This document shows, piece by piece, positions 30,721 through 41,020 of a DNA stretch of 64,000 nt; position 1 is the first letter of the stretch; each line of letters starts with the position of its first letter. The stretch covers positions 4,736,001 through 4,800,000 of the forward strand of contig CBDBGH010000003.1 of the NCBI GenBank assembly GCA_965205265.1, in the 5' to 3' direction. The position numbers and the translations under genes are program-made. The notes under the pieces are model-generated. The model ran no database searches, had not been told where the DNA came from, and saw nothing but the letters and a program-made list of their open reading frames with translations. This DNA is from Alphaproteobacteria bacterium (lineage in GTDB: Bacteria > Pseudomonadota > Alphaproteobacteria > Bin95).

Positions 30721-33700
30721 GATTCTCGCCAGCGCCTTCAAGGGGTCGCTGGTCGATTTCGTGGATCTGGAGTCGCTGGAGGACCGCGAGACGCTGACGA
30801 CGAACGCCGGCGGGCTCGTGAGCATCATCGCGCTTTCGGGAACGCTCGGCGTGCTGTCGAGGGATGACCTGGCAACCAAGGCCGACCATTTGCGCGTTGT
30901 CCTTTCGTCGTTTCTGGAAGCGCCGGGGCACGCGATCGAGTTCTTCTTCTCGCACGACCCGGCGGCCGGGCAGGCGGGGATCGACGGGGTTGTCGAGCGC
31001 ACGGGGCGGATCGCGTCGCGGCTCGGCGTCGATGTGGGCGACCTGCTGGAGGCCCGGCGCCGCCACCTGGGGAGCTTCATTGTCGAGGAACGGTGCCTGG
31101 TGGCGGTCCACACGGCCTCCGGTGTGATCGACCGCGAGTCCATGCGCCAGGGGCTGGAGGAGCGGTCGGCGAAACTCAGGGCGGCTCCTCTGGTAAGCAT
31201 GGGCCAGATGCCGGACAGGGTGGTGGAGGCCGTGTGGAAAAAACACCGCGCCCTCGCCGAAAGCCTTGTGGGCGAGCTTCAGAAGCTGAACTACCTGGCG
31301 CAATTGATGGACGTGAAGGCGGGCCTTCAGGAGATAAGGGCCGTTCTGAGACCCGAGACCTCGCCTGACCGGCACAGCTGGCATCCCCGCCTGCCGAGAT
31401 GGTGGGCGGAGGAGGAGAGCGGGAAACGGTGCCCGGTCGCGATGATGCCGGACACGCCCGAGGAAATGGCGGGCCGGGATGTCTCGTACCTGTTTGCTCC
31501 GGACTTCGCCTGGCAGCTCTGCGATGTGGATGCGGAGGAGGTCGAGTCGAGCATTGTCAGGATGGGCGATGTCCTTGTTTCGGGGTTCGATGTAACGCTG
31601 TTCCAGGAGCGCCTGACCCCCTTCGACGTCCTGGTCGACCGTCTGGCGCAATCGTCGCGCCGGTTCCCCTGGCGCATGACGCTGCTGCTGGAGCCGGGCG
31701 GGCTGCAGGCCGTCCGGATGAAAGACCAGTTCTCGAAGGTCTTCTCCTGGGCGTCTGGCGCGAACAAGCGAATCATGGCGGCGGTGAAGGAGCTGAAGGA
31801 CATAGACGGCCAGGCCGACACGGTGGTCCGGCTGCGGATTTCCTTTGCGGTGTGGGGGTCCGTCGCGGCGCTGTCGGAGTTCCGCGACACGGTCGCGAGT
31901 CTGCGCTCGGTGGTCCAGCAATGGGGGAATTGCCATGTGGACGGCCTCTCGGGCGACCCGCTTGCGACGGCGATGTCCTCGGTCCCGGCCGTGAGCACGC
32001 GCTCGACGGCGCCGGTGGCGGCAGCGCCCTTGGGCGCCGGGTTGATGGTCGCCCCGCTGTCGCGTCAGGCCGGGCCCTGGGCGTCCGGGGCCGTGCTGTT
32101 CAGGACGGAGGACGGGAAGCTGTGGCCGTTCCAGCCGGGATCGAGCCGCCAGATCACCTGGAACGACATCTATGTCGGGACACCCGGAAGCGGCAAGTCG
32201 GTCATGATGAACGCCCTCAATCTCGGCCTGGTACTCGGACAGTCCGGGGCGTCGAGATTGCCGCGGATCGGCATTATCGATATCGGGATGACGAGTTCCG
32301 GCCTGATAGACCTGCTCCAGGGGGCGCTGCCGCCGACCCGGCGCGACGAGGTCGTGTTCCGGCGCCTGCGCAATGACGTGGCGAACGCGATCAATCCGAT
32401 GGATACGCAGCTGGGCATGAGGGCGCCCCTGGCCACGGAACGCCAGTTCCTGGTGAATTTCCTGTCGGTTGTCCTGTCCGAGGACGGTCCGCAGGGGGTA
32501 AGGCCGCCGAGCGGTCCGATGATGGGCCTGATCTCGGCCGCGGTGGAGGCGGTGTATCGGTTGAAGAGCGACAGGAGTATCCCGAACCGCTATGCGAGCG
32601 GTCTGGACCTGCGCGTGGACCGGGTTCTGGCGGAGGAGGGGTTCAGGTTCGAGACCGGGGCAAAGGCGTCCACATGGTGGGACGCCGTCGATTTCCTGAT
32701 GGTGAAGGGGCGTCTGACGGAGGCGGCGCTGGCGCAGCGTTTTGCGGTGCCGCTGATAGGGGATCTGAACGGCGTGGCCGCCGACGACGGGATCAAGACG
32801 CTTTACGAGTCGGCGGTTGACGAGAGGTCGGGCCAGAGGGTGATCGAGAGCTTCAACCGGTCGATGTCGGAGGTGGTGCGCGATTTCCCGCTGTTGTCGC
32901 GCCCGACGAGATTCTCGGTGTCGGGGGCATCGATCATCGCCCTGGATCTCCAGGATGTGACGAGCCGGGCGGCCGGGGCGTCGAAACAGACGGCGATGAT
33001 GTACATGCTCGCCCGCCAGATTCTGACGCGCGATTTCTTCCTCGACGAGCTGGAATTCGCGAATGCGGTCGAGGAGCGCGTGATGCCGGAACCCTACCTG
33101 GAGCACCATCGGGCGCAGGCCCGGGCATTGAAGTCCATACAGAAGCGGCTGTGTGTCGATGAATGGCACCGCACGGGCGGCGTTCCGGGCATTGTCGAGC
33201 AATTCGTCCAGGACATGCGCGAGGGCCGGAAACACAATGTGCAGATTGCCGTGGCCTCGCAGTTCCTTGGGGACTTCAGCAAGGAGATGACGGGGGCCGC
33301 GAGTTCGGTTTTCGTCCACAATGCACCGACGGAAGCGGCCGTCCAGGACCTCGACAACGAGTTCAACCTCTCCGCGGTGGAGAAGACGACAGTCAGCCGG
33401 CTGAACGGGCCGTCTGCCCAGGGGGCGCCGTTCTTCCTGGTCGCGCGCATTCGCGAGGGCCAGATCAGGCAGAAGCTGCGGCTCACCCTGGGCCCGGTGG
33501 AGATATGGGCGCTGTCCACGACCGCAGAGGACGTGGCGTTGCGTCGCCTGCTCTACGAGAGGGTGGGTCCGCGCCGGGCGCGTGAATTGCTCGCCGTGCG
33601 GTTCCCGAACGGCTCGGCGGTCCCCGAACTCGAGAACCGCAAGGTGCAGCTTGAGGAATCCGGCCGGCGGGTGGACAGCGCGAGCGAGCGCGGGCTGGTC

Positions 33701-33769
33701 GAGGAGCTGGCGGCCGAGCTGGAGGCCCTGGCGGTGCGCGCGATGGATCTCTCGACGGAAGCCGCCTGA
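30701..33769 (+). CDS. icmB: IcmB/DotO (TraU, VirB4-like) ATPase
   Basis: 1022 aa; Walker A GTPGSGKS, AINPMDTQLG, CVDEWHR, MREGRKHNVQI, LGPVEIWALSTTAED. Confidence 0.95.
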   Translation: MMEKLREILASAFKGSLVDFVDLESLEDRETLTTNAGGLVSIIALSGTLGVLSRDDLATKADHLRVVLSSFLEAPGHAIEFFFSHDPAAGQAGIDGVVERTGRIASRLGVDVGDLLEARRRHLGSFIVEERCLVAVHTASGVIDRESMRQGLEERSAKLRAAPLVSMGQMPDRVVEAVWKKHRALAESLVGELQKLNYLAQLMDVKAGLQEIRAVLRPETSPDRHSWHPRLPRWWAEEESGKRCPVAMMPDTPEEMAGRDVSYLFAPDFAWQLCDVDAEEVESSIVRMGDVLVSGFDVTLFQERLTPFDVLVDRLAQSSRRFPWRMTLLLEPGGLQAVRMKDQFSKVFSWASGANKRIMAAVKELKDIDGQADTVVRLRISFAVWGSVAALSEFRDTVASLRSVVQQWGNCHVDGLSGDPLATAMSSVPAVSTRSTAPVAAAPLGAGLMVAPLSRQAGPWASGAVLFRTEDGKLWPFQPGSSRQITWNDIYVGTPGSGKSVMMNALNLGLVLGQSGASRLPRIGIIDIGMTSSGLIDLLQGALPPTRRDEVVFRRLRNDVANAINPMDTQLGMRAPLATERQFLVNFLSVVLSEDGPQGVRPPSGPMMGLISAAVEAVYRLKSDRSIPNRYASGLDLRVDRVLAEEGFRFETGAKASTWWDAVDFLMVKGRLTEAALAQRFAVPLIGDLNGVAADDGIKTLYESAVDERSGQRVIESFNRSMSEVVRDFPLLSRPTRFSVSGASIIALDLQDVTSRAAGASKQTAMMYMLARQILTRDFFLDELEFANAVEERVMPEPYLEHHRAQARALKSIQKRLCVDEWHRTGGVPGIVEQFVQDMREGRKHNVQIAVASQFLGDFSKEMTGAASSVFVHNAPTEAAVQDLDNEFNLSAVEKTTVSRLNGPSAQGAPFFLVARIREGQIRQKLRLTLGPVEIWALSTTAEDVALRRLLYERVGPRRARELLAVRFPNGSAVPELENRKVQLEESGRRVDSASERGLVEELAAELEALAVRAMDLSTEAA

Positions 33770-34127
33770 GGGGCGCGGCCCCTGCACCTGTTTCCCCGGC
33801 GAATTCGCCGACGTCCTCGATTGGCAGGCCGGTCGGCGGACGGCCGGGCGACAACGGCGCTCACAGGGGCGGCCCGGGGACCTGGCCCGGCGCTGGCGGG
33901 TCCGCGGCCGCTCGTCGGCCGGGCAGTGATGCGACAATGGGGGCGCTGTGCGCCGACGGCCGGCGGATGCCCGCTATGCAAGGGCCGGATTTTTTTTGTG
34001 TTTTGAATTTTCACGCGGCGCGTACAGGTTGTCAGCGGACCTTGCAGCAGTCGCGGGCGTCTGTCCAACGCCCGCGATGGGTACCTCTGAAACCAGTGAA
34101 ATGAAGGGACACAGGAGAACCAGCATC

Positions 34128-35531
34128 ATGGCACGAGACAATGTCTTTTCCAACTTCGGCGGCGCCGGCCGCGGCAATCGCGGCGGCGGGAGGTCGCCCC
34201 GGGAGCCGGGATTCGGCCAGTCGGTGCTCTTGAAACTCGCCTCGGTCGACGAGGAGAGCAACACGCTTTCAGGCACGGTGATCGGCGGCAACCGCCATGG
34301 CGAGGAGGTCGAGGGCGTCAGCTTTATCGGGCGCACGAAGCCGAAGCACCTCCTGAAGAAGAACGCGCAGAGCTATATCGACCCGGCCCTCATCGAGGGC
34401 GGCAACGTCCACATGATCGTCGACCGGCTCGAGAAGAAGGACGGCAACGTCACGGCCCGGTGGATGCGCAAGGCCGGCGAGCATGTCGAGTACTCGACGC
34501 CCGACCACCCGAAGTGGATGGCCCTCGTTCCGATGAAGACGCCGTGGGCGGCCGACGACGACGAGCCGGAAGTGCCGCGTTACGGCGTGATGACGGTGGA
34601 TGTCGGCGGCGGCGCCGCGGCGCAGTCCATCGGGGATTTCCGCGAGGCCTTCGTGGCCGCGGCCAGCCAGCGCGGCGGGTTCGGCGCCGTGCATATGGTG
34701 ATGCACGGCGAGGCGGGCCGGCGTACCCAGATCGAGTATGCGCCGACAGGCGAACAGGCCGGGGTGCCGGGGAAGACTCCGGAGGAGCGGTTCGCGAGCT
34801 TCATGGAAGGCGTCGGCGGGGAGAAGGAGATCGCCGAGAGCTTCTCGAAGGGCTACACGATCACCGTGACGCCGCTGTCGATGCGCACGCTGTCGAAGTT
34901 CGAGACCACCCGCCTGATCGAGAGCGACAACCGGATGTCGGGCTTCACGCTGCCGTCGCACGGGTGGCGCCTTTCGTCCGAGATGCGCCGGGCGAAGGAG
35001 GAGGACCGCCAGAAGGTCAACGAGAACTTCCTGGCCTGGGCCGAGAAGAAGGGCTTCCGGGATGTGGAAAGCCTGCAGTCGGCCGAGAACCGTGTGGTCG
35101 AGCGCTTCGCGGCCGAGCACGGCGCGAAACTGCCGCGCATCGGCAATATCGGCTACCTGCCGGCCGGTTACGCGCTGCGTGACGCCGACGAGGACGGCCG
35201 CCCGCCGGCCCTGGTCACGAAGCTCGTGCCGACCGCGAGCCCGATCCCGGCGAACTTCGTGCCGGTCATCGGCGACGAGAAGGCGATGAGCCGGTACTAC
35301 GAGGCGTACCGCGATGCGGCGCGTGTGCTGCTCGCTGCCCCGGGCGTCGAGGCGGCCGTTGCGGAAACGGCGGCCGAGCGCGCAGCCGAGGTCGAGGCGG
35401 CCGAGGCGGCCGAGGTCGACGAGACGCTGAACGAGTTCGACGAGATGCTCAATGCAGCGGATTTCGGCCTGCCGGAAAACGAGGATCCGGGAGAGCCGGA
35501 CCCGTCTGACGAAGAACGCCCGGAGATGTGA
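34128..35531 (+). CDS. Hypothetical protein with acidic C-terminal tail
   Basis: AGGAGA RBS, strongly GC3-biased codons, downstream hairpin. Confidence 0.8.
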   Translation: MARDNVFSNFGGAGRGNRGGGRSPREPGFGQSVLLKLASVDEESNTLSGTVIGGNRHGEEVEGVSFIGRTKPKHLLKKNAQSYIDPALIEGGNVHMIVDRLEKKDGNVTARWMRKAGEHVEYSTPDHPKWMALVPMKTPWAADDDEPEVPRYGVMTVDVGGGAAAQSIGDFREAFVAAASQRGGFGAVHMVMHGEAGRRTQIEYAPTGEQAGVPGKTPEERFASFMEGVGGEKEIAESFSKGYTITVTPLSMRTLSKFETTRLIESDNRMSGFTLPSHGWRLSSEMRRAKEEDRQKVNENFLAWAEKKGFRDVESLQSAENRVVERFAAEHGAKLPRIGNIGYLPAGYALRDADEDGRPPALVTKLVPTASPIPANFVPVIGDEKAMSRYYEAYRDAARVLLAAPGVEAAVAETAAERAAEVEAAEAAEVDETLNEFDEMLNAADFGLPENEDPGEPDPSDEERPEM

Positions 35532-35538
35532 TCCGGGC

Positions 35539-35577
35539 GCCCGGTCCGGCCCCGGCCGGACCGGGCCCTGTTTCCTT
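35539..35577 (+). terminator. Putative intrinsic terminator
   Basis: GCCCGGTCCGGCC-cc-GGCCGGACCGGGC followed by cctgtttcctt. Confidence 0.55.
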
Positions 35578-35671
35578 GGCGCCGTCCCTCGGCGCAGGTC
35601 CCCGTTTTTGACATCAGGCTGCATCTGTCGGAAGGTTTCAGGCGGCGCCCAGGGGGGTTAGGAGGCCGACG

Positions 35672-38600
35672 ATGGAAAAGGTCGTTAGCTGGATCGAGTT
35701 CCCGGGCACGAGTGCCGTAATGAGGCTTGCCGCCCTGCCTCCCGGGGGGAACGGGCGTTCGCGTTTTGCGATGATCCTGACGCCCGGAGACGACCCGCCC
35801 GGGGGACTGGCCGCGGCAGCCGAGGGTTTCGGGTTTACCCCGCTGCCAGGCGGCAGGAATTGGCGCTATTACGGTCAGGCGGGTCGCCGCCTGCCGAAAA
35901 ACACCGATCTGGTCGAGGCCCTGCCGGGCGCGATTTCCGTAGGCGTTCCGCAAGCGGAAATGTACGCCAGCGACCGCTTCGTGGACCTGCGCCGGCAGCA
36001 GGCCCGGCGCCGGCCGCGGCGCGAGGCGGCGGCCGATGACGGCCAGCAGCCGAACCGGAAGGATCTCGAGGAGCTGGGGCGCAACCATCACGGCGACCTG
36101 GTGGTGCGCGACAGGGAAGGCAGGTTCTACCGAGTAACCGGCGAGGGCGAGCGCAATCCGCGCTACGTGATGGAGAAGCCGACCGATCCGGGCCCGCTTT
36201 TCCTGCGCCTGCGCGAGGAGCGCGATGTCGCCGGTCTCGCGGCCGGGCTGCTGAAGGAAATGATGCTCGGCGACAACCGTCACATGTCGGTCGCCGATAT
36301 AGACAGGCGGGCGGAAGTGGCCCTCGACCCCGCCGGACGTGACGATATTCCGAATCTCAGTCCGGCCGAGCTTGCCAGAATGCTGGCGGTCGATCTTCAC
36401 CGGCGTATCGTGCTGGGGATTGCCGCGGACGGCGATCCGGGCAGTCGGCGCACGCAGCTCCGTGACGGACTGAAAATTGCGGAACGGTCGTCAAGGGCGA
36501 TCGGCGGGCGGCTGCCGGACGAGGAGTCCCTGGTCTCATCGCCGGAAGTTACCGTTCTGCTGCGTCATGCGCTCGGTGCGGCCGAACGGCTGGAGGTGAC
36601 CGGTTCGCAACGCCTGGCCGACGCTCTTGCGGGCCTGGGCGGCGGCGGCGAGCGCGCCGACCCGGACGCCCAGGTGATCGACTTGACCGGAACCGGCGGG
36701 GTCGATGTGGTCGGCCGGGTCATGGCGGCCATCGCTCGCCGGGATGCCGGTGGCGTCACCGCCGTCCTCGTGCCCGGCACGCCGGAGGACATGGTCGCCG
36801 ACAATGTGCGCGAGGAGGTCGGTAAATTCTACGGCGTCGAGGCCGTTGCGGAAATTGTGCCGGGGCTGGCATCGGGAGATCCGGAAGGAGAACCGGTAAC
36901 GCTGCTGATGTTCGGGGAACGCCGCCCGGAAGAGGTCGAATTCCTTCCGGAGGCGGCGCAGCGAACATACAAGGCGGAAGGTCTCGACAGTCTTGAGGCT
37001 CTTGCCGTCGAAATACAACGCTCGCGCGGCAGGTTGCGCGAATGGTTCGCCGGCCTCGAGGCGTCGCCGGAAGAGCGGGCGCTGGAGGATTCGGAGGCCT
37101 ATGTCGGCTACCGGCCGATGAGCAAGGTCTCCGAACCGTTTTCGATGATCCCCAGAAGTGTGGAAGGGGCTGTCGTCCGGGCGCAGGAAAGGGTCGCGCG
37201 CTTTTACAGCGATGTCGGCGGCATCGACAACGGTGTCGCGAGGGAATTGGGGCTGACGCGCGAGGAGTTGGGGAACCGGCTCACGGCGGAGCAGGTCGAT
37301 GCGGTCGGTATGGTCCTGGAGGCCGCAAGCCGCGGACGCGGCTTCCTGCTCGGGGATTCGACCGGGATAGGAAAGGGGCGCACGCTTCAGGCGATCGCCC
37401 GGGCGCATTTGCGCAATAACGGGCGGGTGCTCGTGCTGACGGAATCCCCGGATACGAATATCCCGGACGTCTTCCGGGACCTCGGCGCGGTCGGCTTGCC
37501 GGAGGGCAGGCAGGCCGGCGTTCTGGCGACGACCCAGCCGTTCGATTGGTCGAATGTCAACGAGGCGGGCGACCCCGAGGAACAGGAGATGGTGCCGCTG
37601 GGTCCTGTTGCGCGCCGTCAACTGATGGAGGCGGCCTGGGCGGGCCGCGAGGATGTCTGGCCGGACGGGATCGACTACCTCGCCACTACGTACAGCGTGC
37701 TGTCGAGCAATATGGAGATGCCGGGCCCGGCCCCGGACGACGCCGAGGAGATCAATGAGGCGTCGAGGCCGCCGGCATACAAGAAGCGCGTAAACCGCAA
37801 GCCGAAGAATGTCGATCCGGACAATCCGCTGAACGTGACGCCGCAGATGGTCTGGGCGCAGCGCGTGGTGGAACAATGCGAGCGTGAAGGCCGCCCGTTG
37901 ATGGTCATCCTGGATGAGGCCCATGACGCCCTCAATCCGAGATCGGCGACCGGGCGGGTGATCCGCATCCTGAAGAACGGGGCCAGCGCGCCGCCGGTCT
38001 ATTCGACGGCGACGTCGTTGCGGGAACCGAGAGGCGTCGACCTGTACGACCGGCTGTTGCCGGGCGACATGTCCGTGCCGGAGGTCGGGCTGATGCTCGA
38101 CACGGTGATCGGCGGGGGCGAGGCGGCGCAGGAAAGCCTGACGACGATGTTGACGGAAGACGGCGTGCTGTTGCGGCGCGAGCACGATCTTTCGCAGCTG
38201 GAATTTGCGGTTCATGTCCCTTCGGATGCGGAAATCGCGCGTTGCGAGGACGTGATGGCCCAGGTGGGCCTGATCGTCGAGGACATGATGGCCGCCTACC
38301 AGAAGCTCAAGGCTCCCGACGGCCCGACCTTCCGGCATTTCCAGCGAGGCGGGGCCGATCTCGACTTCGACGATATCCTTACCGAGTGGTCGACCAACCT
38401 GTTGGGGGTCGGTTCGCCGATCTCGGCATTGAACGGGGCGGCGCTGAACGCCTTGCGGGCGCCGATGGTGGTCGATGCCGCGCTTGGCCACCTTGCCGAG
38501 GGCCATAAGCCCCTGATCGCCTTCCAGAGCACCAATGAGTCCGTTCTGCGGGAGATTTACGACGCCGACGGGGTCAATGAGGATATGCCGATGACGTTCT

Positions 38601-41020
38601 CGCGGACAGCGGCCCGCGTCCATGAACGGCTCTACAAGGTGCGTGACCTCGATGGCGAGGTGCTCGACGGCAGGGATGTGGATGAGGAGCTGGTAGAGAT
38701 TTCCGATCGCATCCGGGCCAGGATTGCGGAGCTTCCGGACAACCTCCCGGTGTCCCCTGTCGACTTTGTCCGCGACGCCATAGAAGAGGCGGGTTATTCG
38801 TTCGGCGAGATTTCGGGCCGGGCCCTTCAGGTATCCGACGGGAATGTGGTCCCCCGTCGGCGCCCGCGCGGGCGCGATGTCGCGGCCGCGTTCAACAATG
38901 GCGATCTGGATGTCTTGGCATTCAATTCAGCCGGTGCGACCGGTACGAGCTACCATGCGTCGAGGGATTTCAGGGACCAGCGCCGTCGGGTCTTCATCGA
39001 ATATGAGGCCCCGCCCGATGTCCTGAAATATGTCCAGTCGCTCGGGCGCGGGAACCGCTACGGCCAGGTGGTTTCGCCGAAGATGGTGAGCATCGTCGCC
39101 GGCCTGGCTCCCGAATTGAGGCTGATGCAGCAGCGCAACCGCAAGCTGCGCCGGATGGGAGCCTCGGTCGATGCCAACCGCGAGCATCCCTATCTCGCGC
39201 GCAATGTGCCCGACCTTCTCAACAGGGTCGGCGACGAGGCGACGCTGCGGGTGCTCTCGATGGACCCGGCCCGGACGCATCGCCTGAGGCTCGGAGAATA
39301 TCTGACCGAGGGCGACGAATATGGCGGGGATGTGGACGGTTCGGCTCTGGAGAAGGCCCTGCGCGACAACATCACCAACAAGGTGCTCGCGCGGCTCGTC
39401 GTGCTGCAGCCGGACGAACAGCGCGACATAATGTCGAGGATCGAGGCGGAGTTCCAGGCGCTGGTAGGCGAACTGAATGCGCGCAACATGAACCCGCTCA
39501 CGATCCGGACGGTCCCGGGCCAGTTCGAGGTGAAGGGGGCCCATATCTACGAAGGCGACATGGCCGCGAATGACGACGAGCTGGACATTTCGTCCCTGCA
39601 GGCGCCGATCTGGGTGGAAACGGGATTGCAGCACCTGAACCGGGACGCCATGCCGGTGTCGCGGGTAATGGAGAATATCGAGCGGTCCCAGGTGGAGACG
39701 CCGACAGGGTTCCTGCAGTATGCGGACCGCCTTGAGCAGATCATGCCGGCGCTGCTGCTCGACCAGACAGGGACAACGCTTGAGGAGGCTCTCGACGATC
39801 CGGAGGGGCAGTCGCCGAAGTTTGCCGCCTTGCACCGGCGCTATACGGGGATGGTCGATCTGCTGCGCCGGATCCGTCCCGGGGTCGGAATCCGGATTTT
39901 CGAGGATGCCGGGACAACGCTGCCGGATGTGGACGGGTTCGTGACCCGGGTGATTCTGCCGTCGCGGTCCTCTGACGGCATGGTGTCGAGCCCGTCGAGC
40001 TACAGCATCGAGATCCTCGAGCCCGGCATGGAGATGCCGGCGCGATATACGCTGTCGACGCTTCTGCGCTGTCATCGTGCGGCGGTCGACCCGGGATTCT
40101 CGGAGGGGCCGTCGAAGAAGGCCGAGGAGGCGTTCGAGGCCGCCGCCAAGTCGCGGCGGCGACGCCCGCACCAGTTCATGACCGGCAATCTGCTCCACGG
40201 CATCCGGATTGCCAAGGAGAACAGGCTCGGCGCCGTCGTGGCCGTGGCGGGAGAGGACGGCAAGACGCGCCGGGGAATCATGGTCGAGCAGAGCCGGGTC
40301 ATGCTGGAGCATTTGCCGGTCCAGATGCCGGATGGCGAAACGGCGGCCGCGACAGTGCTGCTCAACGGCCTTCTCGACCCCGGCGCCCGTTTCGCGTGTT
40401 GGGAGGGCCGCCTGCAGCGGGACGCCAATATCAAAGGCTTCTACGAACCTGCAAGCGGCCGTATGGCGTTCGATGTTCCGGGCCGCAACGGCAAGATGCG
40501 GAATTGGTGGGAAGACCATCCGAAGACCCACCGGGCGCTGTTCGGGGGCCCGTTCGAGCCGGTTCGGGGCGAGCGGGCGTCCTGGCAGGGGATTGATGTC
40601 GGGGAAGCCACCCGAGCGGGGCTGATCGGGATCTTCAACGAGATGGTGAGCAGCCAGGGCCTTCAGGCCGATGCCGGCGCCCGCGCGATCATGCGCGAGG
40701 CGCAGACGGTCGTGCGGGCGGCCCGGCGCGAGGGGCGCGACTGGACCATGGAGGAACTGCAGGCGAAGGCCGATGAGATCAACGCGGCCCGCGCGGCAGC
40801 CGATGCGGCGGCCGTGGAGGCGGCGGCCGATGACGATCCGGGCGAGCAGGCCCGGCCGGACCCGGCGCCCCAGGCGGCCGCGCCTCCACCGCCTCCACCG
40901 CCTCCACCGCCTCCACCGCCTCCACGGGCGCCCCGCGAGGAGCCGGAGCCGGCCCGGGGCGGGCGTGTGCGGGAAGTGGAGCTTCCCGACGAGCTGGGCG
41001 AGATTCTGGATGTCGCTTGA
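35672..41020 (+). CDS. Strawberry-notch-family SF2 helicase-like protein
   Basis: 1782 aa; LTAEQVDAV, GFLLGDSTGIGKGR, ILDEAH, STAT, NSAGATGTSYHAS, QSLGRGNRYGQ. Confidence 0.88.
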   Translation: MEKVVSWIEFPGTSAVMRLAALPPGGNGRSRFAMILTPGDDPPGGLAAAAEGFGFTPLPGGRNWRYYGQAGRRLPKNTDLVEALPGAISVGVPQAEMYASDRFVDLRRQQARRRPRREAAADDGQQPNRKDLEELGRNHHGDLVVRDREGRFYRVTGEGERNPRYVMEKPTDPGPLFLRLREERDVAGLAAGLLKEMMLGDNRHMSVADIDRRAEVALDPAGRDDIPNLSPAELARMLAVDLHRRIVLGIAADGDPGSRRTQLRDGLKIAERSSRAIGGRLPDEESLVSSPEVTVLLRHALGAAERLEVTGSQRLADALAGLGGGGERADPDAQVIDLTGTGGVDVVGRVMAAIARRDAGGVTAVLVPGTPEDMVADNVREEVGKFYGVEAVAEIVPGLASGDPEGEPVTLLMFGERRPEEVEFLPEAAQRTYKAEGLDSLEALAVEIQRSRGRLREWFAGLEASPEERALEDSEAYVGYRPMSKVSEPFSMIPRSVEGAVVRAQERVARFYSDVGGIDNGVARELGLTREELGNRLTAEQVDAVGMVLEAASRGRGFLLGDSTGIGKGRTLQAIARAHLRNNGRVLVLTESPDTNIPDVFRDLGAVGLPEGRQAGVLATTQPFDWSNVNEAGDPEEQEMVPLGPVARRQLMEAAWAGREDVWPDGIDYLATTYSVLSSNMEMPGPAPDDAEEINEASRPPAYKKRVNRKPKNVDPDNPLNVTPQMVWAQRVVEQCEREGRPLMVILDEAHDALNPRSATGRVIRILKNGASAPPVYSTATSLREPRGVDLYDRLLPGDMSVPEVGLMLDTVIGGGEAAQESLTTMLTEDGVLLRREHDLSQLEFAVHVPSDAEIARCEDVMAQVGLIVEDMMAAYQKLKAPDGPTFRHFQRGGADLDFDDILTEWSTNLLGVGSPISALNGAALNALRAPMVVDAALGHLAEGHKPLIAFQSTNESVLREIYDADGVNEDMPMTFSRTAARVHERLYKVRDLDGEVLDGRDVDEELVEISDRIRARIAELPDNLPVSPVDFVRDAIEEAGYSFGEISGRALQVSDGNVVPRRRPRGRDVAAAFNNGDLDVLAFNSAGATGTSYHASRDFRDQRRRVFIEYEAPPDVLKYVQSLGRGNRYGQVVSPKMVSIVAGLAPELRLMQQRNRKLRRMGASVDANREHPYLARNVPDLLNRVGDEATLRVLSMDPARTHRLRLGEYLTEGDEYGGDVDGSALEKALRDNITNKVLARLVVLQPDEQRDIMSRIEAEFQALVGELNARNMNPLTIRTVPGQFEVKGAHIYEGDMAANDDELDISSLQAPIWVETGLQHLNRDAMPVSRVMENIERSQVETPTGFLQYADRLEQIMPALLLDQTGTTLEEALDDPEGQSPKFAALHRRYTGMVDLLRRIRPGVGIRIFEDAGTTLPDVDGFVTRVILPSRSSDGMVSSPSSYSIEILEPGMEMPARYTLSTLLRCHRAAVDPGFSEGPSKKAEEAFEAAAKSRRRRPHQFMTGNLLHGIRIAKENRLGAVVAVAGEDGKTRRGIMVEQSRVMLEHLPVQMPDGETAAATVLLNGLLDPGARFACWEGRLQRDANIKGFYEPASGRMAFDVPGRNGKMRNWWEDHPKTHRALFGGPFEPVRGERASWQGIDVGEATRAGLIGIFNEMVSSQGLQADAGARAIMREAQTVVRAARREGRDWTMEELQAKADEINAARAAADAAAVEAAADDDPGEQARPDPAPQAAAPPPPPPPPPPPPPPRAPREEPEPARGGRVREVELPDELGEILDVA
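40882..40925 (+). repeat. 9-bp tandem repeat (GCCTCCACC), about 5 copies, encoding poly-Pro
   Basis: Seen directly in the C-terminal tail of the helicase gene. Confidence 0.9.
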
